Source of the DNA: Deltaproteobacteria bacterium
GTDB lineage: Bacteria > Myxococcota_A > Polyangia > Polyangiales > Houyiibacteriaceae
Length of the DNA: 64,000 nucleotides
NCBI GenBank assembly: GCA_034670305.1
Contig: JAXMNT010000023.1
Span: forward strand, 1-64,000
Reading direction: 5' to 3'
Part shown: piece by piece, positions 1-9,803 of the stretch
Layout: the number at the start of each line of letters is the position of its first letter
Numbering within the stretch: the first letter of the stretch is position 1
Position numbers and translations under genes: made by a program
Notes under the pieces: generated by a model
The model's database searches: none
Told to the model about the DNA's origin: nothing
What the model saw: the letters and a program-made list of their open reading frames with translations, nothing else

Positions 1-140
1 TGCCGGTCTCTCCGCCGGTGCCGGTCTCTCCGCCGGTGCCGGTCTCTCCGCCGGTGCCGGTCTCTCCGCCGGTGCCGGTCTCTCCGCCGGTGCCGGTCTC
101 TCCGCCGGTGCCGGTCTCTCCGCCGGTGCCGGTCTCTCCG
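1..140. repeat. Perfect 18-bp tandem repeat (CCGGTGCCGGTCTCTCCG), at least 7.8 copies, coding
   Basis: Seven exact copies at 15-140 plus a partial copy at 1-14; encodes GGETGT on the minus strand. Confidence 0.95.
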
Positions 141-526
141 CCGGTCTCTCCGGTCTCACCGAGCGCGAGGCGCAGGCGCCCGATGCGCGCTTCCACGTCT
201 TCGCGATCGCTGGCGTCGGGTTCCGCGTCCAAGTACTCGACGTACTGCTCGAGCGCGGGTCGGGCCTGGCCCGCTTCTTCGTACGCGATGCCCGCGTTGT
301 AGAGGAACGCGCTGAAGGGCCGGGCGGCGTATGCCGCGAGGAATGCCCGCGCCGCGCCGGGGTAGTCCTGAGAGAGAAACGCTTCCTGGCCCGTCTCCAT
401 CTGGTCACGGGCCGTCTGCAACAGCTCGCGCTCCGATTGCGCGGACACGGGCGCCGCCAGCAAGCCAAGGAGCCCGACCAGGCAGGCGGTCCGCCAGGGT
501 CGCGACTTTCGGGTGAAAACGGTCAC
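1..526 (-). CDS. Secreted TPR-containing protein with (GGETGT)n linker; 3' part lies outside the window
   Basis: Read manually from GTG at 526: signal-like LVGLLGLLAAPVSAQ, TPR-like FLYNAGIAYEEAGQARPALEQYVEYL, then GGETGT repeats. No stop before the window edge, so it is absent from the ORF track. Confidence 0.8.
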   Translation of the reverse strand, partial: MTVFTRKSRPWRTACLVGLLGLLAAPVSAQSERELLQTARDQMETGQEAFLSQDYPGAARAFLAAYAARPFSAFLYNAGIAYEEAGQARPALEQYVEYLDAEPDASDREDVEARIGRLRLALGETGETGGETGTGGETGTGGETGTGGETGTGGETGTGGETGTGGETGTGGETG

Positions 527-686
527 CCCTGCGGTCTATCTGCCCATGGACCCCTCGCGCAACCGCTTGTGCGTCGTGGCGTGCGTTTCGGAGAGCCAAC
601 ACTGCGTTTCAGGCGGCGAAGTCGGGATTGGCGAGGGCTCCCGACCTCCGCCGTGCGTCTGGGCCAGCGCAAGGTCAGACTGGCGG

Positions 687-1337
687 ATGTCGGTTCCGCT
701 CCTCGTTTGCGACTTCGACGGCACGCTGGCCCTGCAGGACGTCGGCGACGCGCTCTGTCGGCGGTTGGCCGACCCGAGCTGGACCACCTGGGAGGAGGCG
801 TGGCACCGGCGCGAAGTCTCGCTCCCCGAAGCGCAGCGCCACATGTGGGAGACGGTGCGGGCCAGCGAAGCGGAGCTGCTCGCGGTCGCACGCGAGGTCG
901 GCGCGCTTCGGCCGGGGGCCGCCGACCTCCTCGACGCGCACGACGCGGGCCGGATCGAGCTCGTGTTGGCGTCCGGCGGGTTCCGTTTCTACATCGAGGC
1001 GCTGCTGGGCCCGCGCTGGGACCACGTGCGCTTGTACGCCAACGAGCTCGAGGCCCGCGCCACCGGCGCGGTTTGCCTCTTTCCGCACACAGAGCTCCAC
1101 AGCGCCCTCTACGCCGTCGACAAATCGAAGGTGATCGCCCGGCACCGGGGCGAGGATTCGAACCGCCGGGTGATCTTCGTCGGCGACGGCTCGTCCGATG
1201 TTTCCGTGACCGACACCGACGCGGAGATATTCGCGGTGAAGGACCGTGCGCTGGCCTTGGCGTGTAACGATGCAGGCCGTACGTACGTACCCATCGAGAC
1301 CTTCCAGCCCGTGCTGGACGCGTTGACGCCCCCATGA
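687..1337 (+). CDS. HAD-IB family phosphatase, MtnX-like
   Basis: Motif I CDFDGT, motif II ASGG, Lys in VDK, motif IV VGDGSSD. ATG at 687 chosen just before motif I. Confidence 0.8.
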   Translation: MSVPLLVCDFDGTLALQDVGDALCRRLADPSWTTWEEAWHRREVSLPEAQRHMWETVRASEAELLAVAREVGALRPGAADLLDAHDAGRIELVLASGGFRFYIEALLGPRWDHVRLYANELEARATGAVCLFPHTELHSALYAVDKSKVIARHRGEDSNRRVIFVGDGSSDVSVTDTDAEIFAVKDRALALACNDAGRTYVPIETFQPVLDALTPP

Positions 1338-1909
1338 CCGAAACTCCCCAAGACGATTCCGAGACACCCACCGGCGCGCTGCACACCTTGCGCACCGGGA
1401 TCCGTCACGCGCTTCCGGGGATCCTGATCGCGGTCGGGGCGGTGTGGATCGCGAGCCAGATCATGGGCCGGGCGATCCCGAGCGGTCAGCCGGCACCGCC
1501 GCTGCAGGTGCAGCAGACCGATGGCACCGCGTTCGACCTCGCCGAAGCCCGCGGTTCGGTGGTGGTGCTCGACTTCTGGGCTGCCTGGTGTCCGGCATGC
1601 CGCGAAGAAGCACCGACCCTGAGCAAGCTCCACGAGGAGTTCCAGCACGACAACGTGCGCATGCTCGGCCTCGCGGTGGACAGTCGATCCATTCCGCACG
1701 CGGAGCGGCTGGGATTTCACTTCCCACAGGCGCTCGCGTCCGCGACCGACCTCGAGCGGTACCAGGTCGACCTGCTCCCGACGACGGTGGTGGTCGCGCC
1801 CGACGGCACCATCAGCGCGAGCTTCACCGGCCAGGTCAGCGAGGGCCGGTTGCGGGATGCGATCGAAGAAGCGCAGCGCATCGCGCCGGCACAGGTCTCT
1901 TCCCGCTAG
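1334..1909 (+). CDS. TlpA/ResA-like thiol-disulfide oxidoreductase
   Basis: N-terminal TM helix, LDFWAAWCPAC, cis-Pro LPTT; ATGA overlap with the upstream gene. Confidence 0.9.
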   Translation: MTETPQDDSETPTGALHTLRTGIRHALPGILIAVGAVWIASQIMGRAIPSGQPAPPLQVQQTDGTAFDLAEARGSVVVLDFWAAWCPACREEAPTLSKLHEEFQHDNVRMLGLAVDSRSIPHAERLGFHFPQALASATDLERYQVDLLPTTVVVAPDGTISASFTGQVSEGRLRDAIEEAQRIAPAQVSSR

Positions 1910-2087
1910 CAGGTCGCTGAAAAGCGACCTGCTCCCTTGCCGTTGCCCTTGCCCGTGCCCTTGCCCGCGTCGTGGACGCCGTGTGTTTCGCGAGGCGAGG
2001 CCGCCGGGCATCGGAGGCAAAGGCAAGGGCAGGGGCAAGGGGCAGGCTGCGAGAACGCCCTGCGGGCGTTCTTCAGCAGCCTGCTAG
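1906..2087. mobile_element. MITE-like element, short copy, CTAG on both sides
   Basis: Imperfect terminal inverted repeats CAGGTCGCTGAAAA...TTCTTCAGCAGCCTG; CTAG at 1906-1909 and 2084-2087; internal CCCTTG and GGGCAA arrays; ends nearly identical to the copy at 6070-6375. Confidence 0.7.
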
Positions 2088-2644
2088 TCCGGCAGCCTGG
2101 CTCCATAGAACGATTCGAAGATGCGGCGGAACCACGGATGGCTCGGCGGTTGGGCGAGCACGAGCGCGCCGGCAACGACGTGGAAGGGCACCGAGACCGC
2201 CAGCGGCAAGCCCCCGATGATTGCGAGGAGGATGCCGTACATCGCGACCGAGACGCCGAGCGCCCAGCCGATGATCGCGGGTGTGTACGTGGTGCGTTGG
2301 AAGGTGTCGCGCGCCAGCTCGGGGTCCGAGAACACCCGCTTGGTCGGCGACATGTCGCGAAAGAGCGCTTCGGCGTCCGGGTCGGCGACGTCTTCCACGT
2401 CGATGGGCGACCGCTGTTTGAGCCCGTTGTGAAACAGCCAGAGCGGGAGGGCGAAACTCATGCCGGCGTCGAGGACCGCGACCCCGATGAGCGCCCACAC
2501 AATCGTGGGATCGGCCACCGCGTCGGGCTCGTGGAGGAACACACTCACGAGCACGCTTCCGAACGCGTAGACGGTGAGCGCGGCCCAGAGCAGGGTTCGG
2601 GTTCGGCGGTTGGGCGCTTGGTGACGATCGAGACGAACTTGCAC
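2084..2644 (-). CDS. Hypothetical membrane protein (about 4 TM)
   Basis: Hydrophobic segments in the 186-aa ORF; start uncertain. Confidence 0.7.
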   Translation of the reverse strand: MQVRLDRHQAPNRRTRTLLWAALTVYAFGSVLVSVFLHEPDAVADPTIVWALIGVAVLDAGMSFALPLWLFHNGLKQRSPIDVEDVADPDAEALFRDMSPTKRVFSDPELARDTFQRTTYTPAIIGWALGVSVAMYGILLAIIGGLPLAVSVPFHVVAGALVLAQPPSHPWFRRIFESFYGARLPD

Positions 2645-2667
2645 GCAGAGTAAGGTACGTTTGCCGC

Positions 2668-4029
2668 ATGGCTGGTGCGAGCGTTCTCATCGTCGACGAC
2701 GAGAAAAACATTCTGTCCACCTTGTCCCGAGCCCTCCGCGTGGAGGACTACGACGTCGACGTCGCGGGCAACGGGGACATCGCGGTCCGCAAACTCTCGA
2801 GCAAGGCGTACGACGTCCTGCTGCTGGACGTGCAGCTGCCGGACCAGGACGGGCTCTCGATCCTGCGCATGCTGCGCGAGCAGGGAAACGACGTGCCGGT
2901 CATCATGATGAGCGGTCACGGCACGATCGAGACCGCGCTCGAGGCGACGCAGCTCGGCGCGTTCACGTTCCTCGAGAAGCCGATCGGCAGCGAGCGGCTG
3001 CTGCTCGCGCTGCGCAACTGTCTCGGGTTCGCGCACCTCGAAGCGGAGAACCGCGAGCTCAAGGAGCGCGCCGGCGCGACCGATGATCTGCTCGGCGAGA
3101 GCCGGGTGATGCTCGAACTCAAAGAGCGCATCGGGCTCGCCGCGACCGCCAACGCGAACGTGCTGGTGATGGGCGAACGCGGCACCGGCAAGGAGCTCGT
3201 GGCGCGCGCGATCCACCTCGGCAGCAAACGTGCGAAACACCCCTACGAGAAGCTCAACTGCGCGGCGGTCCCTGCCGAGCTCATCGAGAGCGAGCTCTTC
3301 GGACACGAAGCAGGCGCGTTCACCGGTGCGACCAAACAGCGCCGCGGCAAGTTCGAGCGGGCATCGGGCGGCACGCTCTTTCTCGACGAAGTCGGCGACA
3401 TGCCGAGCGCGATGCAGGCCAAGCTCCTGCGGGTGCTCCAAGAAGGGGAGCTCGAGCGGGTCGGCGGAAGCGACGTCATCCAGATCGACACCCGCGTGGT
3501 GGCGGCGACCAACAAAGACCTGCGCGCGGAGATCGAAGAAGGCCGCTTTCGCGCGGACCTCTTCGACCGGCTGAACGTGCTCCCGGTGCGTGTGCCGGCG
3601 CTCCGCGAACGCATCGAGGACGTGCCGCTCTTGGCGGCAGCGTTCTTGCGACAGGCCTGCGTGAACAACGACCGCCGCGGCAAGTCGCTCTCGGACGGCG
3701 CGATGAAGTTGCTCGGCGCGTACGACTACCCAGGCAATGTGCGCGAGCTGCGCAACCTCATCGAGCGCATCGTCATCCTCACGCCGCACGACGAGGTGAC
3801 CGAGAGCGACGCGCGTGGGCTCTTGCCGATCGGTGGCGGTGGTGGTGGCGGGGGGAGCTACTTCCGACCCGGCGTGCCGCTCAAAGAGATGGTGGAGGCC
3901 GCAGAGAAGGACCTGATCCTTCGCGCGCTCGACCACCACAAGGGCCACATCACGAACACCGCAGCCGATCTCGCCCTCGAGCGAAGCCACCTCTACAAGA
4001 AGATGAAATCGCTCGGCATCAAGCGGTAG
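2668..4029 (+). CDS. Sigma54-dependent response regulator, NtrC family
   Basis: Receiver domain (IVDDE, LLLD, FLEKP), AAA+ GERGTGKE, GAFTGA, FLDEV, PGNVREL, C-terminal Fis-type HTH. Confidence 0.96.
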   Translation: MAGASVLIVDDEKNILSTLSRALRVEDYDVDVAGNGDIAVRKLSSKAYDVLLLDVQLPDQDGLSILRMLREQGNDVPVIMMSGHGTIETALEATQLGAFTFLEKPIGSERLLLALRNCLGFAHLEAENRELKERAGATDDLLGESRVMLELKERIGLAATANANVLVMGERGTGKELVARAIHLGSKRAKHPYEKLNCAAVPAELIESELFGHEAGAFTGATKQRRGKFERASGGTLFLDEVGDMPSAMQAKLLRVLQEGELERVGGSDVIQIDTRVVAATNKDLRAEIEEGRFRADLFDRLNVLPVRVPALRERIEDVPLLAAAFLRQACVNNDRRGKSLSDGAMKLLGAYDYPGNVRELRNLIERIVILTPHDEVTESDARGLLPIGGGGGGGGSYFRPGVPLKEMVEAAEKDLILRALDHHKGHITNTAADLALERSHLYKKMKSLGIKR

Positions 4030-4051
4030 GAGCGAGCGAACGCGTGGAAAC

Positions 4052-4118
4052 CGCCGCTTGGATCCCAAGCAGCGGCGAAGCACGAACCAAGACGGGTCGG
4101 GCCCGCAGGCCCGAACCA
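4052..4118. terminator. Hairpins between convergent genes (possible bidirectional terminator or REP-like sequence)
   Basis: Imperfect stems GCTTGG-atc-CCAAGC and TCGGGCC-cgca-GGCCCGA; no clear U-tract. Confidence 0.35.
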
Positions 4119-4119
4119 C

Positions 4120-4374
4120 TCAGCCCTCGGGGGCGGCCTTCTTCTTGCCGTAGCGCTTGCGGAAGCGCTCGACGCGGCCTTCGGTGTCGATGACCTTCTG
4201 CTTGCCCGTGTAGAACGGGTGCGTGAAGGCGCTGATGTCGCAGCGGAACACGTAGTGCTCCACGCCATCGATCTCGCGCGTCTCTTCGGTCGTCATGGTC
4301 GAGCGGCCGATCACTTCGTGATCCTCGTCGATGAAGATGATGGGGTGGTACTCGGGGTGGATGTCGGGCTTCAT
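4120..4374 (-). CDS. rpmE2: 50S ribosomal protein L31 type B
   Basis: MKPDIHPEY...DISAFTHPFYTGKQKVIDTEGRVERFRKRY; 84 aa; no CxC/CxxC zinc motifs. Confidence 0.93.
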   Translation of the reverse strand: MKPDIHPEYHPIIFIDEDHEVIGRSTMTTEETREIDGVEHYVFRCDISAFTHPFYTGKQKVIDTEGRVERFRKRYGKKKAAPEG

Positions 4375-4490
4375 GGAAAAGTCTCGCTCAGCGTTACCCC
4401 ACCCGGTGTGGGCGGAGGGATCGTGACCAAAGGGCCGGCTTTATGGCCTGTCCCCCCGAGTCGGTCAACCGGAGAGGGCGTTTGTTGTCC

Positions 4491-4607
4491 GAGGGGGATG
4501 GGCGCATCCCCCTCCGGCCTGCGGGGCACAGCCCCTCCGGCCTCCTCCCCAACTTCGCTTCGCGCAAAGTGCTGCGCACTTTGACGGTCTTCGGCGCTTT
4601 ACAGCGC
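4491..4607. repeat. REP-like multi-hairpin intergenic element
   Basis: Four stems: GAGGGGGATG-ggcg-CATCCCCCTC, GGGGC-aca-GCCCC, CAAAGTGC-tgc-GCACTTTG, GCGCT-ttac-AGCGC. Confidence 0.65.
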
Positions 4608-4614
4608 TCTCGAC

Positions 4615-5988
4615 CTATTGGCCCCGGAGCAAGGCGGTGGGCGCCACGGCCAGGTTCCACGTGATCATGGAGCGTGCTTCGTTGCGGCTGTGGATGACGG
4701 TCCGGCGCGGGCGGCCGTTGATCCACACGTACCGGCGCAATTCCCCGTCGTTGTCGGAGGCGACGTAGAGTTCGTCGGTTCCGTCGCCGTCGAGATCGGC
4801 CAGCAACGAGGTGTGCTCGAACCCGCCCGAATCCCGGTCGATGCTCTCGCGGCTCCATTCTTCGTTGGGGTTGGCGCCCGGGCGCAGCAGCCAGAGGCCC
4901 TTGGAGAAGCCCGCCGCGACCATCTCCTTCTTGCCGTCCCCGTCGATGTCGCCGACCGTGAGAAAACGCATGAGATGGTCGCCTTCGATCCGCGCGATGA
5001 CCACGCCCTCGCTCGGATCGGTGCCGGCCTCGTAGCGCCGGATCTCGACCGGCGTCGTGACCTCGAGGCCGTTCTCGCCCCGCGCCATGGCGCCCTCGAC
5101 GCTCACGTAGAGTTCGTCGCGACCGTCGCCATCGACGTCCCCGACGTAGATCTCCTTCGCGTGCCGATCGCCGAGGTTGGCCACCACGGTCGGCTCCATG
5201 GAGTTGCGCGGCACGTAGCGCACGACTTCGCCAGACTGTGCGCCTTCCATCGTGTTGGGTTCGGACGGCGTGGCGTACACCTCGAGCGTTCCGTCTCCGT
5301 CCAGATCGCCGATCTCGATCTCGTGAATGAAGATGCGGCTCGGGGTGCGCGGGGTCTGCTGTACGTTCCACGCGCCGTTCTCGCCCGGCCGAATGACGGC
5401 GAAGACGCCGCGGTCGTGGGTGGCGACCGCCATCGCGGGCACGCCGTCCCCAAACAGGTCTGCGACTTCCACGTCGCGCATCCGGTCGGTGCCGTCGAAG
5501 GTCTCGGTCCAGATCGATTCCGCGGTCCAGCCGGTCGCTTCGTTGCGCCAGAGTTTCACGTGCGCGCCCATGCCGCCCACCGTCAAGATCGCCGGCGGGG
5601 TGTTCGGCCGGGTGTAGACCATGGCCTTGTGGAAGACGTTGCTGTCGTCGTCGGTGATCACGTCCACGCGCCACTCGCCGCCTCGGCGGCTGATGAGCTC
5701 CAAGCGCGCAGCGGCCGGCTGGGTCCAGCGGCCTTGGTCGTTTTGGGTGAACGGGGAGTACGTGACGAGCAGGCCGTTCGGGAGGTCGGCCGGCACTTCG
5801 CCCGGCCGCACCGCCGGCGCTTCGGCGACGCCCATCGCCGTCTCCGAAGCCATCTCGCTGGCCATGGTGCCGGTCGTCGTGGTCTCGGTCGTCGTTTCTG
5901 TGCCGCTCGAAGACTCGCTCGAGCCGCAGTGAACGGCGAACGTCAGGGAGAGGATCACAACTGCGACACACAGGAAACGGTTCGTCAT
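4615..5988 (-). CDS. FG-GAP/VCBS-repeat lipoprotein (beta-propeller)
   Basis: Lipobox-like FAVHC, Ser/Thr-rich linker, repeated DLDGDG/DVDGDG/DIDGDG motifs. Confidence 0.85.
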   Translation of the reverse strand: MTNRFLCVAVVILSLTFAVHCGSSESSSGTETTTETTTTGTMASEMASETAMGVAEAPAVRPGEVPADLPNGLLVTYSPFTQNDQGRWTQPAAARLELISRRGGEWRVDVITDDDSNVFHKAMVYTRPNTPPAILTVGGMGAHVKLWRNEATGWTAESIWTETFDGTDRMRDVEVADLFGDGVPAMAVATHDRGVFAVIRPGENGAWNVQQTPRTPSRIFIHEIEIGDLDGDGTLEVYATPSEPNTMEGAQSGEVVRYVPRNSMEPTVVANLGDRHAKEIYVGDVDGDGRDELYVSVEGAMARGENGLEVTTPVEIRRYEAGTDPSEGVVIARIEGDHLMRFLTVGDIDGDGKKEMVAAGFSKGLWLLRPGANPNEEWSRESIDRDSGGFEHTSLLADLDGDGTDELYVASDNDGELRRYVWINGRPRRTVIHSRNEARSMITWNLAVAPTALLRGQ

Positions 5989-6069
5989 GCCCACGGGGCT
6001 ATCAACCCACCGCGGGGAGCGCAATGTTCCGCCAACGATCCCTACGCGATCGCGGTCGCGAGACCGCGG

Positions 6070-6379
6070 CAGGTCGCTGAAAAGCGATCTGCTCCCTTGC
6101 CGTTGCCCTTGCCCGTGCCCTTGCCCGCGTCGTGGACGCCGTGTGTTTCGCGACGGCGAGGCCGCGAATCGGAGCCCGATGCCCAGCGGACGAAGCCGCC
6201 GGGCTCGGTGCTACGCGGCGCAGCTCCCGCGCGACGCCCACCTTGAGCAGGTCGTCGCGATGCTCGTCGCGCTGATCAAGCGATCTGACCGCTGATCCGC
6301 GGGCAAGGGCAAAGGCAAGGGCAGGGGCAAGGGGCAGGCTGCGAGAACGCCCTGCGGGCGTTCTTCAGCAGCCTGCTAG
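6070..6379. mobile_element. MITE-like element, long copy, with a possible four-helix-bundle gene remnant
   Basis: First ~80 bp and last ~60 bp nearly identical to the 1910-2083 copy; extra internal DNA ends in the frame ...DAHLEQVVAMLVALIKRSDR*; CTAG only at the right end. Confidence 0.7.
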
Positions 6380-7329
6380 GGGCAGTTGCCGCTGGTGACG
6401 GTGGTTCCGGCCGAAGGCGATCCCACGTCCGCGAACGTGAACGGGATCGTCGGACAATAGATGGTGGTGGGGCATCCGCTGCGCACTTCGGCGTGGAGGT
6501 GCGGACCGGTCGAATACCCGGTGCTTCCCGATTGGGCGAGCAGTGCGCCCCGCGCGACGGTCATGCCGACGGAGACGCTGGCCGTGTTGATGTGTTTGTA
6601 GGCGGCGGTGCTGCCGTCGGGGTGCTCGACGATGACGAGGTTGGCTTCGGGCCCACAGCTGGAGCCGCCGCCGTTGTAGCAAGGGTCGCCGGGGACGGTG
6701 GACGTGCGGACCAGGGTGACGGTGCCGCCCGCCATGGCGTGGATCGGCGTGTTCAACCCGACCGCGAAGTCGTACGCGTACATGGAGCGTCCGGTGTGGC
6801 TCGTGCCGCCGCCCGGCGCCTGGGACACCCGCACCCGCGCGCCGCACACGAAGGGCACCAAGTAGCCCTCCACCACGGGGATCTCGTCTTCGGTGCATTC
6901 GGCGAACTCCGAGAAGACGAAGCCGTCGCCGCGCGAGGAAGTGATCTGATACCAGAGGTCGACGCCGCCGATCGCTTCGCCGCGGACCATGTCGACGAGC
7001 TCGACGATCATGCCGCTCGGCAGGCTGCCGACCGGTGCCATGGAGGTGTTCGGCGCGGGGCGGATGTTGAGCACCTCGGGCGACATCGTCGTCACCCGGA
7101 CCCGCGGGCACGCGGGCGGCGGCGGTCCGGCATCCATGCCCGCGTCCATGCCCGCGTCGGCGCTGGCGTCTGGAGACGCGACCGACGCATCGTCCGAAGA
7201 CGCGGCGTCGCCCGCGGCTGCGTCGATCGGGCGCGCATCGACGGCGGGCCCGGCGTCGTCGCGGGTGCCGAGCGACCCATCGTCGCAGCCCACCGAGATC
7301 CACAGGAGGCAACAGAACAAACGTTTCAC
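6376..7329 (-). CDS. M23 family metallopeptidase lipoprotein with an SH3b-like domain
   Basis: Lipobox SVGC; LNIRPAP...WYQI...GFV (SH3b-like); HTGRSMYAYD and STGPHLH zinc motifs. Confidence 0.88.
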   Translation of the reverse strand: MKRLFCCLLWISVGCDDGSLGTRDDAGPAVDARPIDAAAGDAASSDDASVASPDASADAGMDAGMDAGPPPPACPRVRVTTMSPEVLNIRPAPNTSMAPVGSLPSGMIVELVDMVRGEAIGGVDLWYQITSSRGDGFVFSEFAECTEDEIPVVEGYLVPFVCGARVRVSQAPGGGTSHTGRSMYAYDFAVGLNTPIHAMAGGTVTLVRTSTVPGDPCYNGGGSSCGPEANLVIVEHPDGSTAAYKHINTASVSVGMTVARGALLAQSGSTGYSTGPHLHAEVRSGCPTTIYCPTIPFTFADVGSPSAGTTVTSGNCP

Positions 7330-7389
7330 GCCGTGAGGATACCGCGTTCTCGTACGCGGCGGTTCTCACCTGGGCGCGGAGGAGGGTAG

Positions 7390-8391
<1,002 letters not shown>

Positions 8392-8394
8392 TCG

Positions 8395-8617
8395 GACGCG
8401 GAAGCGGAACCGGACGCGGAAGCGGACGCGGACGCCGAATCCGAGGCCGAAGCCGAAGCCGACGCCGAAGCCGAAGCCGAAGCCGAAGCCGAAGCCGAAG
8501 CCGAAGCCGAAGCCGACGCCGAAGCCGAAGCCGACGCCGACGCCGACGCCGAATCCGAAGGCGAAACCGACGCCGACGCCGACGCCGACGCCGAAGCCGA
8601 CGCCGAAGCCGACGCCG
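8395..8617. repeat. Intergenic hexamer array (GCGGAA/GCGGAC changing to GCCGAA/GCCGAC)
   Basis: Period-6 array filling the gap between two convergent stop codons. Confidence 0.95.
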
Positions 8618-8625
8618 CTCCATTG

Positions 8626-9150
8626 TCAGTTTGCCGCCGCCTCCACTTCTTTCGTGAACGGGTGCGGGTCGCTCCACATGCGCCACAGCAGGACAATCGG
8701 CACCGTGAACCAGGGGAAGTTCGCGAAGAGCACGAGGCCTGCGGCGGGCGTCGCGTACTCGCCGACCATCTCCTCGAAGCAGATGATGAAGACGTTGGTC
8801 ATCATCACGCTGGCCCAGACGAAGCACCAGTTTCGGATCCACTCCTTGCCCTTCACGAATGCGTAGATCGCGGCGGCGTAGAACGGGAAGAAGAAGATCT
8901 GGTCGATCCAGATCGTCGCGCGCCACCATGCCGGCCGTGCCATGAGCGGCGGGTCGAAGTTCGACCCCCACCAGTGCGTCAGATCCACGAAGAACGCGGG
9001 CGGCCAGATCGGGTATTCGAAGTCGTTCGGGTCGTCGATCACGAGCTGCTCGAGATCCACGATCGGCGTGATGAAGAGCAGGTTCAGCAGAAAGAAGCCG
9101 ACGAAGAGGTAGTCGAGCTTGCGCTCCCGAAGCGGCTTGAACGTTCGCAT
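8626..9150 (-). CDS. EXPERA-domain membrane protein (TMEM97/EBP-like)
   Basis: Four TM helices; [42 protein letters not shown] resemble EXPERA-family motifs as I recall them. Confidence 0.75.
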   Translation of the reverse strand: MRTFKPLRERKLDYLFVGFFLLNLLFITPIVDLEQLVIDDPNDFEYPIWPPAFFVDLTHWWGSNFDPPLMARPAWWRATIWIDQIFFFPFYAAAIYAFVKGKEWIRNWCFVWASVMMTNVFIICFEEMVGEYATPAAGLVLFANFPWFTVPIVLLWRMWSDPHPFTKEVEAAAN

Positions 9151-9266
9151 GCCGAGAGCCTACCCCGTCCGATCCTCGCCGCCGCCGAACCTTGCCCTTG
9201 CCATTGCCGCGGACCCGCCAAGTCTCTCGTGAGCCGGATGGGCAGCGCTCTCGCAGCGGTCGATCC

Positions 9267-9803
9267 TCAGCGCCGGACCGCCCGCCCGACCAGCCAGCCC
9301 ACCACGATCAGCAAGCCGCCGCCGCTCGACCCTGGGCTCGACCCTGGAGCCGCGCACCCGGCGCATCCGCCGCTGGCGGGAGCGGTGGGTGGCGGCGGGT
9401 TGGGCTGAAAGCAGCGACGCGCTTCGACGCATTCGGCTGGTTCGTCGGCGTTCGGCGCAGCGGTCGGTCCACAGGGCCCACTCGGCTCGCAGGCGTCGAT
9501 CACCGAGGGAGACATCCCGTGTCCCGAATACACGGTCTGAACGCAGAAGCGGGTCTCGATGCAGGTCGCGCCTTCGCCGTACGCGGTGCAGTCCGCCGCG
9601 GTCTCGCACTCGAGAGACGGTCCGCACACCGAGGGGCAGGAGCTGTGGCCGAGGGACACGGGGCTGGAACCAGGCGGGCAGACCATCGGGTCGCACTGCG
9701 GCTCTTCCCAGTCCTCGTCGATCACGTCTGCCTGCGCGAGCGACGCCAGGGACAGTCCGCAGAAAACGGCGGCGCACGAGAGAGAGAGGGCATTCGAAGT
9801 CAT
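9267..9803 (-). CDS. Cys-rich secreted protein with MYXO-CTERM-like tail (paralog 2)
   Basis: Signal peptide ending AQA-D; Cys-rich body; tail SGGCAGCAA...LLIVVGWLVGRAVRR; ATG at 9803 overlaps the upstream stop (ATGA). Confidence 0.8.
   Translation of the reverse strand: MTSNALSLSCAAVFCGLSLASLAQADVIDEDWEEPQCDPMVCPPGSSPVSLGHSSCPSVCGPSLECETAADCTAYGEGATCIETRFCVQTVYSGHGMSPSVIDACEPSGPCGPTAAPNADEPAECVEARRCFQPNPPPPTAPASGGCAGCAAPGSSPGSSGGGLLIVVGWLVGRAVRR

Noticed and set aside
590-660. Possible SAM or other riboswitch upstream of the MtnX-like phosphatase
   Set aside because: Only one stem (GTCGGGA...TCCCGAC) is visible; I could not match any SAM, SAH or glycine riboswitch consensus.
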